In this document: positions 1 to 10,901 of the stretch, one piece after another
Position numbering within the stretch: position 1 is the stretch's first letter
Layout of the letters: every line of letters starts with the position of its first letter
From: Candidatus Saccharimonadota bacterium
GTDB lineage: Bacteria; Patescibacteriota; Saccharimonadia; Saccharimonadales; UBA4665
Direction of reading: 5' to 3'
Length of the DNA: 32,000 bases
Assembly: GCA_963716945.1 (NCBI GenBank)
Contig: OY970322.1
Span: forward strand, 780,001 to 812,000
Notes under the pieces: generated by a model
Database searches by the model: none
What the model was told of the DNA's origin: nothing
What the model saw: the letters and a program-made list of their open reading frames with translations, nothing else
Made by a program: the position numbers and the translations under genes

Positions 1-115
1 TGGTAACTTCGCCATAGCTCCAGTCTAGAATATCCTCGGGGCTGGCAACGGCCAGGCGGACGGCGTCAAAGTCGGCAATGTCGGTACCGGTGTTGGAATA
101 GCGTTGCGGTGTCAT
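1..115 (-). CDS. rpoC: DNA-directed RNA polymerase subunit beta' (N-terminal 38 codons; continues beyond the window edge)
   Basis: Reverse complement of 1..115 reads ATG then MTPQRYSNTGTDIADFDAVRLAVASPEDILDWSYGEVT, matching the conserved RpoC N-terminus (..SPE.I..WSYGEV..). The ATG at 113-115 lies 1 nt after the rpoB stop codon. Confidence 0.85.
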   Translation of the reverse strand, partial: MTPQRYSNTGTDIADFDAVRLAVASPEDILDWSYGEVT

Positions 116-116
116 G

Positions 117-3708
<3,592 letters not shown>

Positions 3709-3885
3709 AAGCGCTATGAAATCCCCTTGTTAAAATAGCCAGCAAGCCCAGCTCGCTGATTATGGTTGGTTTAGTATTTGCTCAAATCTTTGTTTTATTT
3801 TGGGTTCGGCCGAAGATCCTAAGCAGGGGTGTTTAGCATGACAAAATCATAAGCGCCCTGAACTTACACTACTTCTTAATTTACC

Positions 3886-3914
3886 AGTTTGAGGCAAGCC
3901 GTCGTGATTGTCAA
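3886..3914 (-). promoter_or_regulatory. Candidate rpoB promoter (TTGACA-17-CAAACT); an alternative TTGTCA-17-TAGGAT lies at 3816..3844
   Basis: On the minus strand, TTGACA (3909..3914) is followed by a 17-nt spacer and CAAACT (3886..3891) in the 219-bp clpP-rpoB spacer. The -10 is weak and two candidates compete. Confidence 0.25.
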
Positions 3915-3927
3915 GCCCCGGCCGGAT

Positions 3928-4530
3928 TTACTTGTCAGAGGCTTTGGGCGGGCTTTTGATGACGGCGTCAACTATGCCGTACTTCTTGGCTTCTTCGGCG
4001 TCGAGCCATTTGTCGCGTTCCATGTCCTCGTGAATCTTGGCGGCTTTTTGGCCGGTGTTCTTGGCCATAATTTCTTCCAGCAGCTTCTTGATGCGGAGCG
4101 ATTCGCGGAGGTCGATTTCCTGGTCGGTGACTTTGCCGCGGGTACCGGATGACGGCTGGTGGATCATAACCGTGGCGTTAGGCAGGACGAAGCGCTTGCC
4201 CTTGGTGCCGCTGCTCAGCAGGAAAGCGGCAGCCGAGGCCTGGACGCCGATACCGACGGTCTGGATGTCATTGGTAACATATTGCATGGTGTCATAAATC
4301 GCCAAGGCGTCGTAAACGCTGCCGCCGGGGCTATTAATATAGAAGAAAATATCTTTCTTGGGGTCTTCGGCCTGGAGAAACAGCAGCTGGGCGACAACTA
4401 TGTTGGCGCTGGCTTCGTTGACGTCGCTGCCGAGGAAAATAATCCGGTCCTTGAGCAGCCGGCTGTAAATGTCGTAGGCCCGCTCGTAGCGGCCTTCGTT
4501 TTCGATAACGGTTGGGATCAATACGCTCAT
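3928..4530 (-). CDS. clpP: ATP-dependent Clp protease proteolytic subunit
   Basis: 200 aa counted from [10 protein letters not shown]. ClpP hallmarks are present: [23 protein letters not shown], catalytic Ser in [19 protein letters not shown]. The ORF-track start at 4566 would run through the promoter and CIRCE, so the start was trimmed to the ATG at 4530. Confidence 0.9.
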   Translation of the reverse strand: MSVLIPTVIENEGRYERAYDIYSRLLKDRIIFLGSDVNEASANIVVAQLLFLQAEDPKKDIFFYINSPGGSVYDALAIYDTMQYVTNDIQTVGIGVQASAAAFLLSSGTKGKRFVLPNATVMIHQPSSGTRGKVTDQEIDLRESLRIKKLLEEIMAKNTGQKAAKIHEDMERDKWLDAEEAKKYGIVDAVIKSPPKASDK

Positions 4531-4537
4531 AACAGAT

Positions 4538-4566
4538 AGTATACGCCGCGAATTAGCACTCGTCAA
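4538..4566 (-). promoter_or_regulatory. clpP promoter: -35 TTGACG (4561..4566), 17-nt spacer, -10 TATACT (4538..4543), 7 nt to the ATG (leaderless geometry)
   Basis: The minus strand reads TTGACG-AGTGCTAATTCGCGGCG-TATACT-ATCTGTT-ATG. There is no Shine-Dalgarno sequence. Confidence 0.55.
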
Positions 4567-4579
4567 GTCAGAGTGCTAA
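4553..4579. promoter_or_regulatory. CIRCE operator (HrcA binding site), perfect consensus TTAGCACTC-N9-GAGTGCTAA
   Basis: 4553 TTAGCACTC gtcaagtca GAGTGCTAA 4579. Both 9-bp arms match the canonical CIRCE inverted repeat exactly, and the element overlaps the clpP -35 box. Confidence 0.85.
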
Positions 4580-4580
4580 T

Positions 4581-4979
4581 TTAATGTTCCGGCGGTACGA
4601 GTTCGCGCAAGACCAGCAGCGGGCCCCGGAAATTCATGCTGCCGCCTTCGGTGCCCCCCGACGAGAAACCGTTAATGAAAGTTAGTTCTACGCCTTCGCG
4701 AACGGCATATTCGCCGGGCTTTTGAGGCGGCCAATGTTCAAACGCGTGCGGGCCCAGTTCCTGCTCGCCGGACTCCAGGCCTGCCACCGACAAACCGTCG
4801 CCTACCGGCACCTTGATCCGGCCCAGAAGCCGGCCCTCGGCGTCGGCGGCCGGCGTGGCGGTGCGCTCCCACCGGCCCTTTTCGGCTATCCAGTGGGTAC
4901 CGTCCCGTTCGCCCTCTAGGTCCGCTACGATAAAATCACCTTTCCTGCCGGCCGATACAAATTCCGTGAAATTTATCAT
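4581..4979 (-). CDS. Hypothetical protein (132 aa), no recognisable family
   Basis: ORF with AAAGGAG about 6 nt upstream of the ATG and its own near-consensus promoter. GC-rich codon usage resembles the neighbouring genes. It sits between tig and clpP. Confidence 0.6.
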   Translation of the reverse strand: MINFTEFVSAGRKGDFIVADLEGERDGTHWIAEKGRWERTATPAADAEGRLLGRIKVPVGDGLSVAGLESGEQELGPHAFEHWPPQKPGEYAVREGVELTFINGFSSGGTEGGSMNFRGPLLVLRELVPPEH

Positions 4980-5008
4980 AGCGCTCCTTTCTCAATAATC
5001 TACCGCTT

Positions 5009-5037
5009 ATTATATATTAGATAATCTTATCTGTAAA
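5009..5037 (-). promoter_or_regulatory. Near-consensus sigma70-type promoter TTTACA-17-TATAAT with an embedded palindrome AGATAA-GA-TTATCT (5019..5032)
   Basis: The minus strand reads TTTACA (5032..5037), then gataagattatctaata (17 nt), then TATAAT (5009..5014). A roughly 22-nt leader with AAAGGAG follows, then the ATG at 4979. Confidence 0.6.
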
Positions 5038-5047
5038 ACGGCTACGC

Positions 5048-6343
5048 TTACTTGGCCGGGCCGGCGCCGGCCGCGGCGCGCAGGAGGTCCAGGGTCTTTT
5101 CGGTCATCATGCGGGTGGCGATATCTCGGCGGTTCTCGGGCTTGTCGAGTTCGGCCTGCATGGCCGGATCGGGATATTGGCCCTTGAGGAGCTGCATGCG
5201 GATTTCCAGCTCTTCGGGCGTAACGGTGACGCGTTCCTGATCGGCAATGGCGCCGAGCACGAGGCCGGCTTTGACCCGGCCGGCGGCCGCTTCGCGTTTC
5301 TGTTCGCGGTGGGCTTCGGCGGTCAGCCCCTCGGCGTCCAGGTGCTCCTGCCAGGTTTGGCCGCGGTAGGCCAGGTTGCGCTTCTCTTCTTCTTCCATGC
5401 GGTCGATTTCTTCTTCGACCAAGGCCTCCGGGATAGCTACGGTGCTTTTGGCAGCGATCTTGTCCAGCAGTTCGTTATCGAAGTTGCGGTTGGCTTCCTG
5501 CTGCTTCTCGGCCTTGAGCTGCTTCTTGATGTCGGCTTTGAGCTCGGCGACCGTCTTGAACGGTCCGACGGAAGCGGCAAAAGCGTCATCAAGCTTGGGC
5601 TCTTTCAGCTGCTGGACTTTGGTGACCGTAACGGCAAAGGTAACTTCGCGGTTCTGCAGCGCGGCCACGCCGTAATCCTTGGGGAACGTCAGGTTGAAGG
5701 TCTTTTCGCCACCGGGCTTAAGGCCGATTACTTCTTCCTCGAAACCCGGGATGAAAGTCCGGCTGCCCAGTTCAAGCGGGTAATCCTGGCCGTCGGCACC
5801 CTCGATCGGCTCGCCGGACTTGGCGTCCGTGCCTTTGAAGTTGATGGTCGCTTCGTCGCCGGCCTTGGCGGCCCGTTCGACCGGTTCGCGGGCGGCGGCG
5901 CGGCGGCGTAAGTTGCTCAGCACGTCTTCGACGTCCTTGGCGGTAACGGCGGGGACCGTTAGGGCCAGCTTGATTTTTTTGTAGTCGGCCAGCACGATGT
6001 CGCCGACGGCTTCGAGCTGGGCGGTGAATTCCAGAGTATTAAAAGGCACGAATTTGGTGATGGAAATTTCCGGCTGGGAAGCCGGGCGGAGTTTCTCCTG
6101 CTGCACGGCATCGACGTAGAGCTGGTTGACGGCCCGGTCCAGAAATTCGGTTTGCAGCAAGGCCGGGTCAAGCTGCTTCTCGACCAGGTTGGCCGGCGCT
6201 TTGCCGGGCCGGAACCCGGGGACTTTGGCGTCACTAGCCAGTTGCTTGATAACGGCTTCCTTGGTCGCGTCCAGCACGGCTTGGTCAGCGCTAATGGTTA
6301 GTTTGACGGTAGTCGGTGAAATTTGTTCGCGTTTAGTCTGCAT
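5048..6343 (-). CDS. tig: Trigger factor (ribosome-associated PPIase chaperone)
   Basis: 431 aa. The N-terminal domain carries the GFRPGKAP ribosome-binding signature, followed by an FKBP-like middle region and a helical C-terminal arm. It lies in a tig-clpP neighbourhood. Confidence 0.93.
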   Translation of the reverse strand: MQTKREQISPTTVKLTISADQAVLDATKEAVIKQLASDAKVPGFRPGKAPANLVEKQLDPALLQTEFLDRAVNQLYVDAVQQEKLRPASQPEISITKFVPFNTLEFTAQLEAVGDIVLADYKKIKLALTVPAVTAKDVEDVLSNLRRRAAAREPVERAAKAGDEATINFKGTDAKSGEPIEGADGQDYPLELGSRTFIPGFEEEVIGLKPGGEKTFNLTFPKDYGVAALQNREVTFAVTVTKVQQLKEPKLDDAFAASVGPFKTVAELKADIKKQLKAEKQQEANRNFDNELLDKIAAKSTVAIPEALVEEEIDRMEEEEKRNLAYRGQTWQEHLDAEGLTAEAHREQKREAAAGRVKAGLVLGAIADQERVTVTPEELEIRMQLLKGQYPDPAMQAELDKPENRRDIATRMMTEKTLDLLRAAAGAGPAK

Positions 6344-6351
6344 AAGGAGTT

Positions 6352-6360
6352 AGTTTAACA
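6352..6360 (-). promoter_or_regulatory. Candidate extended -10 (TGtTAAACT), 8 nt upstream of the tig ATG
   Basis: The minus strand reads TGT-TAAACT-AACTCCTT-ATG. There is no SD on the coding strand. Confidence 0.35.
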
Positions 6361-6383
6361 ATTTTTGAAAATTTTTGCCAGGG

Positions 6384-6839
6384 CTAGCGCAAAAACGGCG
6401 CTATCAGTATGACGCAGCCGGCAAACCAGGCGACTTCGACGACGGCGCCGATCGGCCGCTCGAACCATTGGATGTCGCTAGCGAACTTCACGTACCTACC
6501 CGGTTGGTAATCAAGGCCGCGGCGGACTTTCAGATAGCCTTTAGCTGATACGAAGTCCGGTGAGGCGGCGGCAAAAGCACAAACGGCAGCTAACAGCCAG
6601 TGCTGCGGCCGCAAAATAGCCAACACAACGACCAGCAGAAAACACAAAAAAGCTTCGGCGAATAAGTAATCACGAAAAGCCCAGCTCTTCAAAACGACTT
6701 TCTTAGGCAGGCCGGTACCGAAATGCGGCAGCGCGTCACAGATGAAGTGCGAGGCGACAGCCAACGGGATGGCCGCCAAAGGCTGGCCGATTAGGAGGCC
6801 GATCAAAGTACCGGTTAGGGCATGGTTGACGGCCGTCAT
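6384..6839 (-). CDS. Polytopic membrane protein, possibly a DUF457/YdjM-like membrane-bound metal-dependent hydrolase
   Basis: 151 aa with about 4 hydrophobic segments and His/Asp positions (AVNHALTG.., SHFICDALPHFG) reminiscent of the YdjM family. Its ATG overlaps the hisS stop codon (ATGA). Confidence 0.45.
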   Translation of the reverse strand: MTAVNHALTGTLIGLLIGQPLAAIPLAVASHFICDALPHFGTGLPKKVVLKSWAFRDYLFAEAFLCFLLVVVLAILRPQHWLLAAVCAFAAASPDFVSAKGYLKVRRGLDYQPGRYVKFASDIQWFERPIGAVVEVAWFAGCVILIAPFLR

Positions 6840-8143
6840 GCCTGGCGCCGAGCCTCCAAAACCTTGGCGATCTTTTTTAGTTCGAGCGTTTGTTCGGTGC
6901 CGTCGGCGAGGTTTTTGAGCTTGAACTTGCCGGCGGCCAATTCGCTGCCGCCGATAACCAGCGCGAAGTTAAGGCCTTTTTTGTCGGCGGCTTTGAGCTG
7001 GTCGCCGAGCTTGCGGCCGGACAGGTCGGCCGCCACGTTGATACCGAGGCTGCGCAGCTGGGCAATCGGTTTGGCCGCAGCTTCGGCGACTTCGCCGACC
7101 AGTACGGCGTAAACGTCGGTCTCCGGCCGCAAAGCCGGCAACAGGTGGTGCAATTCCAGGAAATTAGCCAGCGTCACGTCGCCCCAGCCGAAACCGACCG
7201 TCGGCACCGGCGTGACGCCGAAGAGGCCGACCAGTCCGTCGTAGCGGCCGCCGCCCAGCATCGAGCGGTTATTGTCCGGATGCTTGTCAAAAACTTCGAA
7301 GACGATGTCGGTGTAATAATCGAAGCCGCGCATCAGACTGGCGTCAAAGACGACATTGCGGATGCCGGCAGCACGCAGCTTATCAATCATGGCCTGCAAT
7401 TCGCTGACGGATTCGTGCCGTTTGAGTTCCGGCGGCAGTTTGGCCAGGTCCTGGGTATCGAGAACGGCTAATAGTTTCTCGACGGCGCCGTCGGCAAGCT
7501 TCTTGGGACCGATAACGGCGTCAACTTTTGAGATAAAGCCGCCGCGTTCCATCTTGTGCAAGCGGTCGATAAGTTTGCTGACGGCGTGGGCTTCCTTTTG
7601 ATTCAATTTCAGGTATTCGCCAAGCACGTAATCCATGAATTTGCGGCTGTTGAGCCGGATTTCGTACATGTCATGCCGGGCGCCGAAGGCTTTGAACATG
7701 GCGTCAACCAAAGTGATGATCTCGTATTCGGCTTCGATGCCGGCGATGCCGAAAATATCGACGTTGAGCTGCCAGTGTTCGCGCAGCCGGCCGCGCTGCG
7801 GCCTCTCATAGCGCCACAGGTTGGGAATACTGTACCACCTGAGCGGATAGGCCAGTTCCTGACGGCGGGCGGCGACCATGCGGCTGACGGTCGGCGTCAT
7901 TTCCGGCCGGATAGCGACCTTCCGGCCGCCGCGGTCTTCAAAAGCGTAAGTCTGCTCGTTGACGATTTCCTCGCCGGTCTTAGCCAGATAAATCTCCAGC
8001 GGCTCCAAGATCGGCGCGTCATACTCCTCGTAGCCGAAGCGCTCGGCGACCGCGCGCCATTTGCCGAACATATATTTCTGCAGGCGCTTGTCTTCGGGAT
8101 AAAAATCGCGCGCGCCTTTATAGGGTTGGGTTGAAAGTGCCAT
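6836..8143 (-). CDS. hisS: Histidine--tRNA ligase
   Basis: Class II HisRS blocks are present: KGARDFYP, FRYERPQRGR, GGGRYDGL, and a C-terminal anticodon-binding domain. The start was set to the ATG at 8143 (MALSTQPYKGARDFYP), which gives a typical N-terminal length and has TATAAT 10 nt upstream. The ORF-track GTG at 8182 is the alternative. Confidence 0.88.
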   Translation of the reverse strand: MALSTQPYKGARDFYPEDKRLQKYMFGKWRAVAERFGYEEYDAPILEPLEIYLAKTGEEIVNEQTYAFEDRGGRKVAIRPEMTPTVSRMVAARRQELAYPLRWYSIPNLWRYERPQRGRLREHWQLNVDIFGIAGIEAEYEIITLVDAMFKAFGARHDMYEIRLNSRKFMDYVLGEYLKLNQKEAHAVSKLIDRLHKMERGGFISKVDAVIGPKKLADGAVEKLLAVLDTQDLAKLPPELKRHESVSELQAMIDKLRAAGIRNVVFDASLMRGFDYYTDIVFEVFDKHPDNNRSMLGGGRYDGLVGLFGVTPVPTVGFGWGDVTLANFLELHHLLPALRPETDVYAVLVGEVAEAAAKPIAQLRSLGINVAADLSGRKLGDQLKAADKKGLNFALVIGGSELAAGKFKLKNLADGTEQTLELKKIAKVLEARRQA

Positions 8144-8185
8144 GATTGGTTTAATTATACGATGGTTGGCGGTTTTAGCCACTGC

Positions 8186-8482
8186 CTAGAAAAGGTGGAA
8201 GGGCGGCACCGATATGGCCGTTAGCACCTGCCAGCCAAGCAGCACGCCGATAACGTTGAAAACGATGTCCGACAAGGAGTTCCTCAGCGATTCGTAGCCG
8301 AAGATAATGCCGCGTTTCGCCAGTAGCGGCGACAAGACGAATATTTCCAGCGGCTCCCACAGGACCATTAGAGCCAAAGCCACGAAAGGGTCCATAACCC
8401 AGCCCAGGATTATGCCGGTGCCTAAGTGGACCAGGCTCCACCTGTCATATAGTTTGTCGTTGCGAATGGGTTTGGCCGTCAT
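8186..8482 (-). CDS. Small membrane protein (98 aa), hypothetical
   Basis: Contains 2-3 hydrophobic helices. The start was trimmed to the ATG at 8482 because the longer ORF (to 8545) overlaps the tRNA-Leu gene. Confidence 0.5.
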   Translation of the reverse strand: MTAKPIRNDKLYDRWSLVHLGTGIILGWVMDPFVALALMVLWEPLEIFVLSPLLAKRGIIFGYESLRNSLSDIVFNVIGVLLGWQVLTAISVPPFHLF

Positions 8483-8523
8483 GATTTCGCCCGGGGGTCT
8501 TAATTTAATAGGTTGGTGCGGCG

Positions 8524-8608
8524 GAGAGGACTTGAACCTCCACATCTTGCGATACTAGCTCCTAAGGCTAGCGCGTCTACCAATTCCGCCACCGCCGCAC
8601 GTCGCTAG
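8524..8608 (-). tRNA. tRNA-Leu (anticodon UAG), type II with long variable arm, CCA encoded
   Basis: The minus strand folds as a cloverleaf. The acceptor is GCGGCGG/CCGCCGC, the D arm is GCG..CGC with loop GAATTGGTAGA, and the anticodon stem is CTAGC/GCTAG with loop CTTAGGA. The variable arm is 13 nt, the T arm is GGAGG-TTCAAGT-CCTCT, and the discriminator A is followed by CCA. Confidence 0.9.
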
Positions 8609-8691
8609 CTATTTTACGCAATCGGCGGCCAAAAAACCACTGTTGATTGACAAGACCGGCGGCTTAGGCAATAGTTAGCAGCATATAAAAC

Positions 8692-9570
8692 ATGAGAGAC
8701 ATTCTGATGAATCCCGATACCGCCCATACGCCGCCGACACCGCCCGAGCCGGAAACTAACCCTATGCCGCCGGGTATGGGCCGGCCTCAGCCGGCCGCGC
8801 CGCAGTTTGCCGCCCAGTTTGACCACCAGCCCGCACCCCAGCCGTCGCCGGCCGTCCAGCCGCCGGCCGCCGGCGAACGGTTCAAGTTCCCGTCGGCCTT
8901 TTCGCTATTTCAGCCCAGCAGCCAGCTGGTCCTCAAAAACCTTACCACCTTCTTTATCATACTGATGCTGCCGGCGGCTTATTTCGCGCTCCTGGAACGG
9001 TTTTTTAACCCTAAGACGGCTAATAACCATGTCGGGGTATGGATCGGACTGGCGGCCGTAGGCCTTATCTACAACTTGGTAGTCTTCGCCGCCATACCCG
9101 TCTTGGAATTGCGCGTGGTCCAAGGCTTGCGGCTCGGCGTCGTTGAGGCCGTTAAGCTAGGGTGGCGTTATTTCTGGCGCTTGCTGGGTCTCTACATCGT
9201 TATCGGGGCCGTCATATTCGTAGGCCTGGTGCTCTTCATAGTACCGGGGATTATTATGATACGGCGCTACACCTTGGCCGCTTATTTCCTGGTCGACCAG
9301 GATATCGGTATCTTCGAGGCCATGCGCCGCAGCGCCGCGGCCACCAAAGGCTATAGCGGTGCTATCTGGGGCCTGATTGGCGTCCAGATGTTAATCGGGG
9401 CACCCGGCTGGATTCCGTTCATCGGGCCGATCCTGAGTGCCGGCACGGCTATGCTGTACGGTTGCGCGCCGGCTCTGCGTTATGAGGAATTCAAGGCGCT
9501 GCACACCGGCGGCGCGGCGGCTCCCCCACCCGCCCGGAACCCGGTACCGCCAAACCCGGCTGCCGGTTAA
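8692..9570 (+). CDS. Membrane protein with a Pro-rich N-terminal region (hypothetical)
   Basis: 292 aa. The first roughly 65 aa are Pro/Gln/Ala-rich, followed by about 5-6 hydrophobic helices. A candidate TTGACA box lies upstream near 8647. Confidence 0.65.
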   Translation: MRDILMNPDTAHTPPTPPEPETNPMPPGMGRPQPAAPQFAAQFDHQPAPQPSPAVQPPAAGERFKFPSAFSLFQPSSQLVLKNLTTFFIILMLPAAYFALLERFFNPKTANNHVGVWIGLAAVGLIYNLVVFAAIPVLELRVVQGLRLGVVEAVKLGWRYFWRLLGLYIVIGAVIFVGLVLFIVPGIIMIRRYTLAAYFLVDQDIGIFEAMRRSAAATKGYSGAIWGLIGVQMLIGAPGWIPFIGPILSAGTAMLYGCAPALRYEEFKALHTGGAAAPPPARNPVPPNPAAG

Positions 9571-10097
9571 GGCCGGCGGCGGTAGAAGCTTGTTTGGGCG
9601 TCGCCGTAATTTTTGGACGCCAGCAACTCGTAGCTATCAGGCAGCTCGAGCTTGACGCCGGGCGGCAGCGAAAAGACGGCTATGCCGCCGGGTTTTGTCC
9701 GTTCGGCAAGGCGTCTTAGCAGCGGCAGTTGCGGCTTGTCATAAGGCGGGTCGCAAATAACGATGTCGAACTGCTCATCGGTCGTGGACAGCCAGGCCGC
9801 GGCCGAAGCTTTGATAAGCTTTATCCGGCTCGGCAAACCAAGCAGCACAATATTGGCGGCAACCGCTTGCTGGGCGGATTGGTCGTTATCGATAGCCAGC
9901 GAACTGGCTGCGCCGCGGCTGACAGCCTCATAGCTCAAGGCGCCGCTGCCGGCAAAAGCGTCCAGTACGCTCAGCCCGCCGATGTCGCCGAGCGTATTGA
10001 ACAAGGCGCCCCTTACCTTGTCGCTCATCGGATGGCTGCGGTGGCCGCGGGGGCTGGCGAAGCTCCGTCCCCCCAAACTGCCGGCGATAACCCTCAT
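9567..10097 (-). CDS. rsmD: 16S rRNA (guanine966-N2)-methyltransferase
   Basis: 176 aa with MRVIAGSLGGRSF.., VLDAFAGSGALSYEAVSRGA (SAM motif I) and the DPPY catalytic motif. Its start overlaps the upstream gene's stop codon (ATGA). Confidence 0.85.
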   Translation of the reverse strand: MRVIAGSLGGRSFASPRGHRSHPMSDKVRGALFNTLGDIGGLSVLDAFAGSGALSYEAVSRGAASSLAIDNDQSAQQAVAANIVLLGLPSRIKLIKASAAAWLSTTDEQFDIVICDPPYDKPQLPLLRRLAERTKPGGIAVFSLPPGVKLELPDSYELLASKNYGDAQTSFYRRRP

Positions 10098-10885
10098 GCC
10101 ACCCCTAGACCGGCTTCGTGGCAGGCCGAATACCAGGCCAGGGTGATCATGCGGACCATGCGTGGGGCCAGTTCGCGGCGGACATCGCGGCTGACGGGAT
10201 GTGTCCAGCCGAGGGCGTAGAACCGTTCGTACAAGTTAAGTTCGGCTACCTCACGGGCCATTTTCTTGAAGACGCTAATTACGCCGTCGGCTTTGACGCT
10301 CTCGATATCGGCCCGCGAAAGCAGTTCTTTGTTAAACCTCAAAGGGGCAATAATGGCATAGGCGCCGGCCTCGAACATGGCGTGCGTGGTCAACAGCCCT
10401 TTGGGACCGACCAGCTTCAGGCTTTGAAGGACCGATTTGCCTAAAGTGTCGCCTTTGACGTACAGGCGGCCGGCCAGACCCTTGCGCGTATGGCGGCCTT
10501 CGCCGCCTCTCAAACGCGACAGCTCGGCTTCATAAGGGAAATGATGCGCCGGCGTCAGGCCGTCGACTATGGCATGCGCCATCCAAGACGCCTCGAACGC
10601 CGCCCGTATGTCATCGCCGCGCTTCAGGGCTTCGACCAGTCCGTGGTAGTGGTTCAGTATTTGGTCATGGAGGTCGGTATCGCTGGCGTCAAGCGGGTCG
10701 ACGAAGTGCCAGGGCTGGCCGTTCTGGAGGCGCTTGAGCTTGGCGCCGTCCGGGCCCTGGGGGCCTTCGAAGCTGAGAACCTGGCCAATCCCGGGAAAGG
10801 CGCACTTGTCCGGCAACAGCCTCAGCAAGTGCCGGTGCGCGACCCGGTCAAGTTTCTGGTGGGCATGAAAAATTATGGAATACAT
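10094..10885 (-). CDS. Hypothetical alpha-helical His-rich protein, possibly zinc-dependent phospholipase C / P1-nuclease-like
   Basis: 263 aa with conserved-looking His/Asp clusters (FHAHQKLDRVAHRH, WMAHAIVDGLTPAHH). The family assignment comes from motif resemblance only. Confidence 0.3.
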   Translation of the reverse strand: MYSIIFHAHQKLDRVAHRHLLRLLPDKCAFPGIGQVLSFEGPQGPDGAKLKRLQNGQPWHFVDPLDASDTDLHDQILNHYHGLVEALKRGDDIRAAFEASWMAHAIVDGLTPAHHFPYEAELSRLRGGEGRHTRKGLAGRLYVKGDTLGKSVLQSLKLVGPKGLLTTHAMFEAGAYAIIAPLRFNKELLSRADIESVKADGVISVFKKMAREVAELNLYERFYALGWTHPVSRDVRRELAPRMVRMITLAWYSACHEAGLGVA

Positions 10886-10901
10886 CTATAGAACAGCGGT
10901 T

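Noticed and set aside
3805-3814. Palindrome TTCGGCCGAA and nearby stem (CAGCGAG-CTGGG-CTTGCTG) in the clpP-rpoB spacer, considered as a terminator or attenuator.
   Set aside because: The perfect palindrome leaves no loop and has no U-tract. The second hairpin also lacks a U-tract. There is not enough evidence for a terminator or structured RNA.
8483-8545. N-terminal 21 codons of ORF 8186..8545, and likewise the ORF-track starts at 4566 for clpP and 8182 for hisS.
   Set aside because: The extension overlaps the tRNA-Leu gene (8524..8608). For clpP the extension runs through its own promoter and CIRCE element. For hisS the internal ATG gives the canonical N-terminal length. The starts were therefore trimmed.
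9567-9570. Convergent genes sharing overlapping stop codons: TTAA at 9567..9570 and TTAG at 31711..31714.
   Set aside because: The overlaps are real but are a trivial consequence of tight gene packing. There is no evidence of function.
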